Shown here: positions 40,027 through 50,768 of the stretch, in pieces
Numbering within the stretch: the stretch's first letter is position 1
Layout of the letters: each line of letters starts with the position of its first letter
Assembly: GCA_963797095.1 (NCBI GenBank)
Contig: CAWCNY010000002.1
Coordinates: 480,001-544,000, forward strand
Reading direction: 5' to 3'
Length of the DNA stretch: 64,000 bases
From: an uncultured Chloroflexia bacterium
GTDB taxonomy: Bacteria > Chloroflexota > Chloroflexia > QHBQ01 > JADMIH01
Program-made: the position numbers and the translations under genes
Notes under the pieces: model-generated
Database searches by the model: none
What the model was told of the DNA's origin: nothing
The model's input: the letters and a program-made list of their open reading frames with translations, nothing else

Positions 40027-43000
40027 ATGTACAGACGCAAACTATACGTCCTATCGTTTGCCATATTGCTAACAATCTTAGCAATATGTCTATTGGTGGG
40101 GGGAGGGCAGACAACCCAGGCCAGCCCTCCAATATCTGCCCCCGCCGCCGTTCCTCCTCAACAGGCTAACTCCAACGGCAACACCGGCGGCAAAACCAGC
40201 ATGGACAACTCGAGGGTGCTGCATGTGGAGAAGGTAACCACCGACTACCACCACGATATCTCCCCTCCCGTCCGCTCCCTCCCCATCGTCAAAGACGGCC
40301 AATATCCTGATACTCAGATTAGCGTCATACCTGAAGGTGGTCCCCTGGGCGGCATCACAGGCAAACCCAACGGCTTCACAGGCGACCCCGCTGCCCAGAC
40401 CCTGCTTGGACCTCTGGTGATCCCCACCCCACTTATCACCTTCGACGGCCTGACTGTGGCCCAGGGTTGTGGTGCCTGTTCACCCCCAGACCCCGACGGC
40501 GATGTTGGTCCCAATAACTACGTCCACATAGTCAACTCTTCCTTCGCCGTCTACGATAAGAGCGGCACCCTCATCGATGGCCCTCACCCCACCAACAGCC
40601 TGTGGGCCGGCTTCGGTGGTCCTTGCCAGACCCAGAACTCAGGCGACGGTATTGTGCTGCACGACCAGTTGGCTGACCGCTGGTTGATTACTCAATTCAC
40701 CTCCTCAGGACCAACCTACTACCAGTGTGCCGCCGTCTCCCAGACATCTGACCCCACAGGCTCCTACTACCGCTACGGCTTCAACATGGGCAACCAGTTC
40801 GGTGACTATCCCAAGTACGCCGTCTGGCCCACCGCCTACTACCTCAGCGAGCGTGACTTCACCAACGGTGCTACCCAGAACGGGCAGGGTGTGCACGCCC
40901 TTGAGCGAGCCCAGATGCTGGTAGGAGGCACTGCCCAGGATATCCTCATCAGAGTGCCTTTCACCACACCTTACCTCCCAGGAGATGGCCTGCTGGTTGC
41001 CGACATCGATGGCACTACCCTCCCACCAGGGGCTAATCCCGATGCCTACGTGCTGGGATTACAGGACAATGGTGGGGGGTATGGAGCGCCATCGGACGCC
41101 ATCAACATGTGGAAGTTCCATGTAGACTTCGCAGTGCCAGCCAACTCCACCCTCACAGGACCAACCGTAATCCCTGTGGACCCATTCAACTCGATATTCG
41201 ACCCATGTGGAGGAGGGAGGGCATGCATACCACAGCCAGGGACAGCGAACAAGATAGACATCTTGTCGTACAGGCAGCGGCTAACACAGCGACTGTCATA
41301 CCGCAACATGGGAGCATACGAGATGCTGCTAGGAGGCTCCTCGGTTGAAGGAGCACCCAACATAGCTGGCATGAGGTGGTACGAGATCCGCAACCTGAGC
41401 AGCACTCCCACAATCTACCAGCAAGGGACATATGTGCCAGGGACAGTAGACGGGATCCACAGGTGGATGGGCAGTCTGGCGATGGACGGGAGTGGGAACA
41501 TCGCATTGGGATACAGCGTATCAGATGGCAGTTCAACCTTCCCAGGGAGTGCATACACAGGGAGGCTGGCAGGAGACCCGTTAGGGCAGATGACGCAAGG
41601 GGAGGCGTACATCAAAGTAGGGACAGGGTCACAGACGGGGAGCCAGAGGTGGGGAGACTACACAGCGATGCACATCGACCCATCGGACGACTGCACATTC
41701 TGGTATGTGAACGAATACATCCCAACGACCAGTTCAGTAGGGTGGAGAGGCACGATTGGTGCCTTCAAGTTCCCCGGTTGCGGCGGCACTCCCACCCCCA
41801 CGGCAACGGGCACACCGCCTACTCCTACTAACACCCCCATCCCAACCAACACCCCCACTGCTACCAACACAGTTCCTCCTACTAATACTCCGATTTGCTC
41901 CAACAACTACACTCTATCAACCTCAGCGGGAGCCACCATAGTACCAGGTACCACCATGGTATCGGGGTCCAACTGCGATGACTGCGTCAATCCGGCAGCC
42001 ATCCCATTCCCCTTCTCCTTCTACGGTAACTCCTACTCATCAGTGAACCTCGACTCCAATGGGACGCTGCAGTTCGTGTCGTCCACCTCCACCTTCACCA
42101 ACGCATGCGAGCCGTACGCCTCGCACAACTACGTGATACACGCATACTGGGACGACCTGCTGCTGACGACGGCAGGAGACGGCATCTACACCTCGGTCTC
42201 GGGGAGTGCACCAAACCGCATCTTCAACGTAGAGTGGAGAGGGTGCTACTACTCAGGAGGAGTGTGTGGGACGAGGGTTAGCTTCGAGGCGAGGCTGTAT
42301 GAAGGGACAGGACAGATAGACGTCATCTACGCGACGGTAGGGAACGGGAACAGCTCGGCAACAGGAGGAGTGCAGAAGGACACAGGTTCGTTGTTCCTGC
42401 AAGCATTCTGCAATGGGTCAGGGCAACCAGTGAGTGCAGGCTCCATGTTCACCTATACCATCCCTCCGTGCCTTACCCCCACCCCCGCAGGCGCATCGCC
42501 TACGCCCACCTGTATAGCGGGAGGAGCAGGATGGGGGCCGGGCGCTACTCTTCCAGTACTTAATGTCAGGGCCTACGGAGCCTACTTCCCGCCCAATGGC
42601 AAATTCTACGCTATGGGTGGGCGTAGTTCCGATACCGCAGGTTTCGCTCAGCTCAACCCGCTTGAGTATTCCCCCACGACCGATACCTGGATCACAAAGA
42701 CCGCTGTCTTCTCCGACCAGCAAACATCAAACGTCCAGGGTGGCGTGGTCACAATGTCCGGCACGCCGGTCATATTAGTAGTTGGAGGCAGCGCCGGTGG
42801 CGGCTCGGGTGCTACCAATGAAACCAGGGTGTATGATCCTGCCGCCGATACCCTCACAACCCTCCTCACAGACCCGTGGCCTCCTGGTCTCACTACGGTG
42901 CCCGGAGGAGCGGCAGTAGTCAGCAATAAGCTGTACATTTTTGGTGGGTTTGTGGTGGGCATAGGTATGTCAGACGAGATCTGGGAGTTCGACCCCAATG

Positions 43001-44379
43001 CCTCGGCAGGCTCACGATGGACCCTCAAATCAACCGTCCTTCCTCAGGCCCTCGGCTACATACCGACAGCAGCCATAGGAGGGATGATCTACACAGCAGG
43101 AGGGTCTGGGTGGGATGGCACCACCATCTTCGACACCGACTACTCGTACAAGTACGACCCCACAACCGATACTATTACCACCATCACCTCAATCCCAAGA
43201 TTGACAGCGGAAACCAGGGCAGTGAATATGGGAGGGGAGATGTGGGTATTAGGCGGTGGCCGAGATGCCCCCAACCCATCGAATGAGGTAGATATCTACG
43301 ACCCAGGCACGGACAGTTGGAGTTTAGGCGACCCGTTCGTGACGGCCCGCCGTAACTTCGCGGCAGACGCAGACGGCGCGGGACATATCTACTTAGTCGG
43401 CGGATATGCTCCTAGCTCACCAATTGACAACATGGAGATCTACACGAGTGGAGGAGGGTGTGTCACCCCGACCGAGACCCCGACCACAGCCCCACCCACC
43501 AACACCCCAACAGACACACCGGTAGCTCCCACCGCCACAGACACACCGGTAGTGCCACCAACCGATACAGCTACCGACACACCGGTAGTGCCACCAACTG
43601 ATACGGATACACCAGTGGTGCCTCCAACCGATACGGCAGTAGTGCCACCGACTGACACAGCAGTAGTGCCACCCACCTCCACCGACACACCAGGGGTACC
43701 AACAGCCACACCAACCTCGTGTCCAATGCAGTTCACAGATGTGCTGCCAGACAACACCTTCTACACCTACATCAGGTGCCTGGCATGCAGAGGCATCATC
43801 AACGGCTATTCGACAGGGTGTGAGACTGGCAATCCATGCTTCCGCCCTGGTAACCTGGTCACAAGAGGTCAGCTATCCAAGATAGTGTCCAACTCGGCTG
43901 GCTTCAACGACGACCCAGGACTGCAGATGTTCCAGGATGTACCGGCAGGCTCAACGTTCTACGCGTTCATCAACAGGCTGGCAATCCGCAACATCGTGAC
44001 AGGGTACCCATGTGGCTCCCCAGGAGAGCCGTGTGTAGGGCCGGATAACCTGCCGTACTTCAGACCGAACGCCAACATCACGAGAGGACAACTGTCGAAG
44101 ATAGTGTCAGAGGCAGCAGGGTACAACACGACACCTGGAGCACAGCAGTTCGAGGACGTACTGCCAGGCTCGACGTTCTACGACTACATCTGGAGGCTGA
44201 CAGACCTTGGCATCATGAACGGATACCCATGCGGCAGCCCGGGAGAGCCGTGTGTAGGCCCAGACAACCTGCCATACTTCAGGCCAGGCTCCAACGCGAC
44301 GAGAGGACAAGCATCGAAGATAGTAGCGAACACCTTCTATCCCAACTGCTACACTCCTTCCAGGCCAGCGGACGAATAG
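40027..44379 (+). CDS. Secreted surface protein 2: RWGDY-type domain, shared beta-rich module, kelch, SLH region
   Basis: Signal peptide; PPDxxGDVGP...RWGDY; kelch; SLH region matches protein 1. Confidence 0.9.
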   Translation: MYRRKLYVLSFAILLTILAICLLVGGGQTTQASPPISAPAAVPPQQANSNGNTGGKTSMDNSRVLHVEKVTTDYHHDISPPVRSLPIVKDGQYPDTQISVIPEGGPLGGITGKPNGFTGDPAAQTLLGPLVIPTPLITFDGLTVAQGCGACSPPDPDGDVGPNNYVHIVNSSFAVYDKSGTLIDGPHPTNSLWAGFGGPCQTQNSGDGIVLHDQLADRWLITQFTSSGPTYYQCAAVSQTSDPTGSYYRYGFNMGNQFGDYPKYAVWPTAYYLSERDFTNGATQNGQGVHALERAQMLVGGTAQDILIRVPFTTPYLPGDGLLVADIDGTTLPPGANPDAYVLGLQDNGGGYGAPSDAINMWKFHVDFAVPANSTLTGPTVIPVDPFNSIFDPCGGGRACIPQPGTANKIDILSYRQRLTQRLSYRNMGAYEMLLGGSSVEGAPNIAGMRWYEIRNLSSTPTIYQQGTYVPGTVDGIHRWMGSLAMDGSGNIALGYSVSDGSSTFPGSAYTGRLAGDPLGQMTQGEAYIKVGTGSQTGSQRWGDYTAMHIDPSDDCTFWYVNEYIPTTSSVGWRGTIGAFKFPGCGGTPTPTATGTPPTPTNTPIPTNTPTATNTVPPTNTPICSNNYTLSTSAGATIVPGTTMVSGSNCDDCVNPAAIPFPFSFYGNSYSSVNLDSNGTLQFVSSTSTFTNACEPYASHNYVIHAYWDDLLLTTAGDGIYTSVSGSAPNRIFNVEWRGCYYSGGVCGTRVSFEARLYEGTGQIDVIYATVGNGNSSATGGVQKDTGSLFLQAFCNGSGQPVSAGSMFTYTIPPCLTPTPAGASPTPTCIAGGAGWGPGATLPVLNVRAYGAYFPPNGKFYAMGGRSSDTAGFAQLNPLEYSPTTDTWITKTAVFSDQQTSNVQGGVVTMSGTPVILVVGGSAGGGSGATNETRVYDPAADTLTTLLTDPWPPGLTTVPGGAAVVSNKLYIFGGFVVGIGMSDEIWEFDPNASAGSRWTLKSTVLPQALGYIPTAAIGGMIYTAGGSGWDGTTIFDTDYSYKYDPTTDTITTITSIPRLTAETRAVNMGGEMWVLGGGRDAPNPSNEVDIYDPGTDSWSLGDPFVTARRNFAADADGAGHIYLVGGYAPSSPIDNMEIYTSGGGCVTPTETPTTAPPTNTPTDTPVAPTATDTPVVPPTDTATDTPVVPPTDTDTPVVPPTDTAVVPPTDTAVVPPTSTDTPGVPTATPTSCPMQFTDVLPDNTFYTYIRCLACRGIINGYSTGCETGNPCFRPGNLVTRGQLSKIVSNSAGFNDDPGLQMFQDVPAGSTFYAFINRLAIRNIVTGYPCGSPGEPCVGPDNLPYFRPNANITRGQLSKIVSEAAGYNTTPGAQQFEDVLPGSTFYDYIWRLTDLGIMNGYPCGSPGEPCVGPDNLPYFRPGSNATRGQASKIVANTFYPNCYTPSRPADE

Positions 44380-44403
44380 AAGAATATCGTAAGCCATCAG
44401 GCA

Positions 44404-44447
44404 TAGACAAGCAGAATGGGCGGCTCGCCGCCCATTCTGCTTGTCTA
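44404..44447. terminator. Perfect 21-bp hairpin (terminator or REP-like)
   Basis: tagacaagcagaatgggcggc-tc-gccgcccattctgcttgtcta. Confidence 0.7.
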
Positions 44448-44557
44448 AAACCCGTTCCCTTCCACTGAGCCGAAGCCATCTATAGACCTCACACACTGTC
44501 GTATACCTCAAACGGGTTAAGATTCAATTAAGGAAAAGGAATTACTACGGAATGATC

Positions 44558-44586
44558 TTGACTTTATTCTAACTTACCTTTAAGAT
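44558..44586 (+). promoter_or_regulatory. Promoter TTGACT-17-TAAGAT, preceded by a TTAAG-N6-TTAAG direct repeat (44517-44532)
   Basis: Near-consensus hexamers in an AT-rich region. Confidence 0.5.
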
Positions 44587-44803
44587 ATATATCAAAGTTG
44601 ACCCAACGCCAACGTCGTCTGCTGGGGCAGCATTCTGTCGGGTGTACTCTTCATATACCAACCCGGCTCTCCGTGCATCTTCATAGCCTTCCAGGGCCAT
44701 ATATAGGGCTGAGTGTATCCATTTAACTATACGGCAGCTTCGTTGGCGCTTGCCTTCAACTCAATATCTCAATATTAGAACGAGATCAGGAAAGGAGCTT
44801 AGG

Positions 44804-47800
44804 ATGGATCAAGGAACCTCCGGTTCCGGCTCTATTGGCCGGAAGCGTTTTGTCGTGCTCGCATTATTGATGTTGGTGATCGGAGGGTTGGCGACCCTGA
44901 TAACCTGGTCGCCTTTTTCAAAGCCCACTGCCACCAACCTCAGTTCCCCACCCGGTGTGAGCGGCGTCAGAGTGAACGAGGAGCAAGAGCAGTTCTCAGC
45001 CTCCATACAAGGGTTACCCAAAGGCGAGTCCGGCCAGCTTATGAGCCTGGAGGACTATTGGTATACCCGTGTCGGCTACCCCACTATGCAGTTCAATGGA
45101 AGTTGGCTCCTCCAGGCTGCCCAACAAGACAAGGTTGTTACCAGTAAGCTGCCTGCCGGTCGTATTACCTATGCGAATACCGCCGAGTTGGCTCTCACCC
45201 TCAACCCTACCGCCTGGACCGCTCTTGGTCCTCAGCCTCTGCAGATGAATGGCTGCTCAGGCTGTTACAACTACGGCAAGTCCTCGGGTCGCGTGAACGA
45301 CATCGAGGTTGACCCCGTATTTACCAACACGGCATACATCGCCGCCGTTGGTGGCGGCGTCTGGAAGACCACCAATTGCTGCTCCATCGACACCGTTTGG
45401 ACGGTCAAGACCGACGATCCCCTTATCTCAACTTCGTCCATCGATGATCTGTCTATCGACCCCAATAACCCCGCTATTATCTACGCGGGCACAGGCGACC
45501 TCAACTATGGCTCCTTCTCGATGGGCAGCATCGGCGTGCTTAAGAGCACCGATAGGGGCGAGACCTGGGCCGTCAAAGGCGCTGATGTCTTCACCCCTTA
45601 CTTCCCTGAGCCTGCGGGCCAGTTCCCTCAGTATCAATCCATCGGCAAGGTAGAAGCCGACCCTAACAACTCCAATACCGTGATTGCGGGCACCAAAACC
45701 GGTATCTACCTCTCATATAACGGCGGTGATGACTGGACCGGTCCCTGCTTTACCAATGTCTATACGGCAAGCCAGCGCCAGGATGTTACCGGCCTGATCC
45801 TCAGCGATGCGGGTGCGTTCACCGATATGTATGTAGCGGTTGGTACGCGCGGTTACAGCACCACCGTCCAGTACAACCTCTCGGAAAACGGCGCTAACGG
45901 CATCTACAAGGCGCAGGTCCCCACCGCCGGTTGCCCGACAGGCTGGAACCTCATCAGCCGCGCCGACAACGGCTGGCCCGCAGGCACCGGCTCCGGCATT
46001 CCGCAGTACCAGGCCGGTGGCGACCAGCTAGGCCGCATCGATATGGCTATTGCCCCTAGTGACCCCAACTACCTCTATGCAATCGTCCAGGCTATCAACC
46101 CCACCGCAAACCGTGGCGGTGTCCTAGGCGTCTGGCGCACAACCGATGCCGGTACTACATGGACCCAACAGGCAGGCGTCGGCTCGAGCGCGGCAGAGTG
46201 GCAGGGTTGCGACCGTGCGGGCACTCAAAGCTGGTACAACCAGCATATCGCGGTGGACCCCAACGATCCGAACACGGTCTACGCCGATACCATTGACATC
46301 TTCAAATCGACCGACGGGGCTGACACCTTCAGTAACGTCACCTGCGGTTACACGGGCGGTACCACCGAGCACGTAGACCAACACGCCCTTGAATACGTTC
46401 CAGGCCAGTCCAGCATGCTCCTGGCAGGTAGCGACGGCGGCGTCTACGTAACCGCCAACGCCGATAGCGCCAGCCCAACCTGGCAGCAGATGAACGAGAA
46501 CTCTCAACACCATCGAGTTCTACGCAGGCGACATCACCGCCAACTTCGCCAACTCCAGCAGCCCGGGCATCAATGGTGGTTCGCAGGACAACGGCTCCCC
46601 TGTGAACGTCTGGACGGCCTCCTCTCCAGGTGCTACAGTAGTCCCCGCCGCCACCCAGTGGCAGCTTCGCAACGGTGGCGACGGTATGTTCGCCCGTATC
46701 GAGCCTGTGCTCGGCCAGCGATGGTACCAGGAGAGCCAGAACGGCGCGCTTCGCGTCAGCCAGACCGGCCCCTATGGCAGCCTCAGCAACGCCGCAGCCC
46801 CCGGCTCCTGGGGTGGCGACCGCCTCAGCTTCGTATTCCCGTATGAAATCTTCAAGGGCGATCCCAACGGCCCTGCTTCTCAGGACTGTCCTCCCACAGG
46901 CTGCACCCACATGATCGGCGGCACTTATCGCGTGTGGGAGACCATCCAGGGCGCTATTCCAACCTCAAGCTGGTATATCAACAGCCCAGACCTGACCAAG
47001 AACACGCTGGCCGACCGCTCCATAATCAATCAGCTTGCATATTCGCCCAGCATCTCAACTACGGCCATCGTCGGCACCAACGACGGTAACGTACAGTACG
47101 GCTTCAACCTCGGGCAGGGTGTCGCCAACTCCGCTACCTGGGTCGACGTCACCGACAACAATAACCTGTTGCCTAACAGGCCGGTCCTCGACGTGGCAAT
47201 CGACCCCTCCAATCCTCTTGTTGGCTATGCGGCGTTGGGTGGCTTCGATCAGAACACCCCCTCTACCCCCGGCCACGTCTTCCGCGTGACCTGCTCGGCC
47301 AACTGCGGCTCCTTCTACTGGGAGAACAAGAGCGGCAACCTGCCTAACATCCCTGTAGATTCGATCATCGCCAACCCCAACTTCCCGCAGCAGGTCTTCC
47401 TCGGCACCGACTGGGGCTTCTACTACACCGATAACATCAACGCCGCTTCCCCCACATGGCACCGCTTCGACAACGGCATACCTCATGTCATGATCTGGGA
47501 CATGTCAATCGACCGTGGCGCTACTACTATTGCCGCCTTCACACGCGGTCGGGGTGCCTACGTATGGCCTCTGCCTGGCACCAACATCAGCCCGACCGAT
47601 ACCCCCACTCCTACCAATACTCCTACCAATACTCCTACCAATACCCCTACTCCTACCAACACTCGTACTCCTACCAACAGCCCGACTTCCACCAACACCC
47701 CCACCGCCACTCCCACCTGCCAGTCAGGCTACTCGAACCCCGTGCCCTGGGCGGTCGTCAGCCCGATAGCTGTTGACTCCTACGGCCTCGGAGGCGCGGG

Positions 47801-50507
47801 TAGTTCCACCGACTTCTATGCTGGCGCGGGCTACAGCTTCAGCACGTCCAACTACACCACTCAATTCGCTCGCTACAACCCCACCGCCAATTCGTGGACC
47901 GCTCTCGCGGGCGTGCCCAACACAGGCGAGGGCATAGGCTTCGTCTACTCGCCTCTCAATAACAAGATCTACGCCTTCGGCGGCGCTACTTGCGGCACCA
48001 ATACCGTCTACAGCGATACCCGCATCTACGACATCACTACCAACACCTGGTCTAGCGGCGCTCCCATGCCCGCCTCCAGGCAGCAGGCAGCGGTCGGCTA
48101 CCTCAACGGCAAGATCTACGTGGCAGGCGGCTTCGATAGCTGCATTATCAACAACACCGATGTCTTCAATACCCTCTACATCTACGATGTTGCCACCGAC
48201 ACCTGGACCACCGGTGCCAACCTGCCCGCTACCGAAGGCGGCGCGGCAGGCTCCGTAATGCAGAACAGGTTCTACGTAGCGGGCGGGCGCGACGCTAATC
48301 TATCCAATCGCACCACCCTCTACGAATACAACCCGGTCACCAACGCCTGGGCTACCCGCGCTGCCATGCCTACCGGCGTAAATGCGGCGGGCGCTGCGGC
48401 TGTCGGCACCAAGCTGTGGGTCATCGGCGGCGGCAATCCCTTCCTGGGTGCCAATTCCGGGCCACTAAGAGACAAGACTACGGCCCCTGAGACCGCCAAC
48501 TCAACCCAGGTATGGGACTTCACTACCAACACATGGTCCGCAGGCCCCAGCCTCAACGTTGGTCGCTCCTTCCTGGCTGCCGGTAATATCGGCGCGGTTG
48601 TCGTCGCTGTCGGTGGCTTCGATGGAGTTACTACCGTTGCCACCACCGAAACGGCTACCATAGGCTCCGTCTGCTTCGATGCGACCCTCACACCTACCAT
48701 TACCAACACACCTGCGTCCACCAACTCTCCAACCAACACCCCCACACGTACCGCCACGCGTACCTTCACAATCACCCGCACCCCTACCAACACCGTGGCC
48801 CCCACCAACACCTCCACGGTTACATCTACCCCCACCTGTAGTGCAGGCGCGGGCAACTGGACTGCCGCAGCGGTGTCGCCCAACAGTGTCGCACGCTACG
48901 GCTATGCACAGGTAGGCAACTCCTTCTATATCTTCGGCGGCGCGACCAGCGGCAGCCCGATTGTTAACGTAGACAGCTACGACTCGGTTACCAACTCCTG
49001 GACAATCCGCGCCAACATGCCGTTCGCCTCCGAGGGTGCTGCTTGCGCCTATATGGCAAGCAACAACAAGGTTTACTGCGCCCAGGGTGACACAGGTTCG
49101 GGCTTCGGCATCTACGATGTCACTACCGACACCTGGAGCCTCGGTCCTGCCGTTCCGGGCGGCGACCACTACGGCGCTGCTGCCGGTGCCTTCAGCGGTA
49201 AGGTCTATATCGTGGGTGGCGGCACCGCAGGCCCAAGCACCACCGTTCGTGTCTATGACATCGGCACGAACACATGGTCAACAGGCACAGCGGCCCCTTC
49301 CGCTTACGAGTTGGGTGGCTTCACCCAGGTTGGTCAATACCTCTATGCGGTTGGCTCCTTCGGGGCTTCCCCCTCAGGTATGCAGGATAGCTTGACGAGG
49401 AACGCTTCGACAACATCTCGCGCACTCGCGCCTAACGCCAACAGCACCAGCACTCTCAGGCTCGACCTGTCCACCGGCACCTGGAGCACAGGCCCTGCCT
49501 GGACCCCCGGCAGAGCCGACTTCGCCCTCGCTTACGATGCAGCCTTCAATAAGCTGTACGCAATAGGCGGCGACGCACCGGGCGGCACCTACTTCGACTC
49601 TACCAACTCGGTAGACGAGCTATCCCTGGCAAGCTGGCCTGCCGGCTCCTGGGCTTCCTCTGCACCTGTCTTGCCTTCAGTCAGGCAGGGCAACCCTGCC
49701 GGTACATACACTACAGGGCGCGTCTCCGGCGAGGTCTGGAGTGTAGGCGGTGTCGATGGAAGCACGTTCACATTCCTGAACGACAACCTCTATCGCCCGC
49801 ATGGCTATCCATGCCCGACTAACACCCCCACCGTCACCAACACACCAACCAACACACCGACCAGCACCCGCACCAATACCGCCACCGTCACACCCAGCCC
49901 TACCTGCGTAGTAAACCCCAACTACAGCGCGGTACGCACTACAGGAGCCACTATCATTCCTGCTGCAACGCTGGTAGCCGGTTCTCAGTGCTCGGCTTGC
50001 GTGGTCACGGTCAACCTCCCCTTCACCTACAACTTCTACGACCAAAACTACACAAGCGTCAACGTCTCCAACCAGGGCAACCTGCAGTTTGGGAGCAACA
50101 ACTCTGCTACAGGAGCATGTATCCCAACCACCTCAGCCAGCTACTTGATAGCACCATACTGGGGTAGCTTCGTATCCAACCTCACCCCGGCGATGGGAGT
50201 GTACACCACAGTAACAGGTACCTCACCAAACCGCACCTTCGTAATCGATTGGAAGCTAAAGAGGAGTGCAGACTCGAGGCTGACAACCAGTGAGTTCGAG
50301 GTAGTGCTATACGAAGGGATACCGAGGTTCGACTACATCTACGGGAACGTATCGGACCAGGGTATCAACGAGAGCATCGGAGCACAGGAGTTTACGGGAG
50401 TAGGGTTCCGTTCGGTGTCGTGGTCTTGCAACACTGCCTCTGTGCAGCAAGGAGACCGTCTCACCTTCGACCGGAGGGCCTGCTCCATCCTGACAGATCG
50501 GCCCTAG
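44804..50507 (+). CDS. Secreted surface protein 3: BNR/VPS10-like propellers, two kelch propellers, C-terminal beta-rich module; +1 frameshift at ~46500
   Basis: Removing one A from gagaactctc gives ETLNTIEFY and joins the two ORFs; aaggag RBS. Confidence 0.82.
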
Positions 50508-50558
50508 CTGCCCATAAGCTAGCTCCGTCTGTTACCCTCAACAATTCTTATTCTTTGA

Positions 50559-50600
50559 GATCTTCCAGAAGAGCAATATCAACAGCTCTTCTGGAAGATC
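50559..50600 (+). terminator. 16-bp hairpin
   Basis: gatcttccagaagagc...gctcttctggaagatc. Confidence 0.6.
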
Positions 50601-50768
50601 GCCAGTTCACAAAACTCTTGGAGATGCTTCGCCGCTTTTGGCGTAGTTCTTTTCTGCTTGGTAGGGAGGATCTTGCCTATGTACTTCTAACCGGTTGATT
50701 GCGTTGTCGCTTACGCTCTACTAACCGTTCCCATTTGAATTACCGGAAAAGGAAAAGGAGCCGATTTT

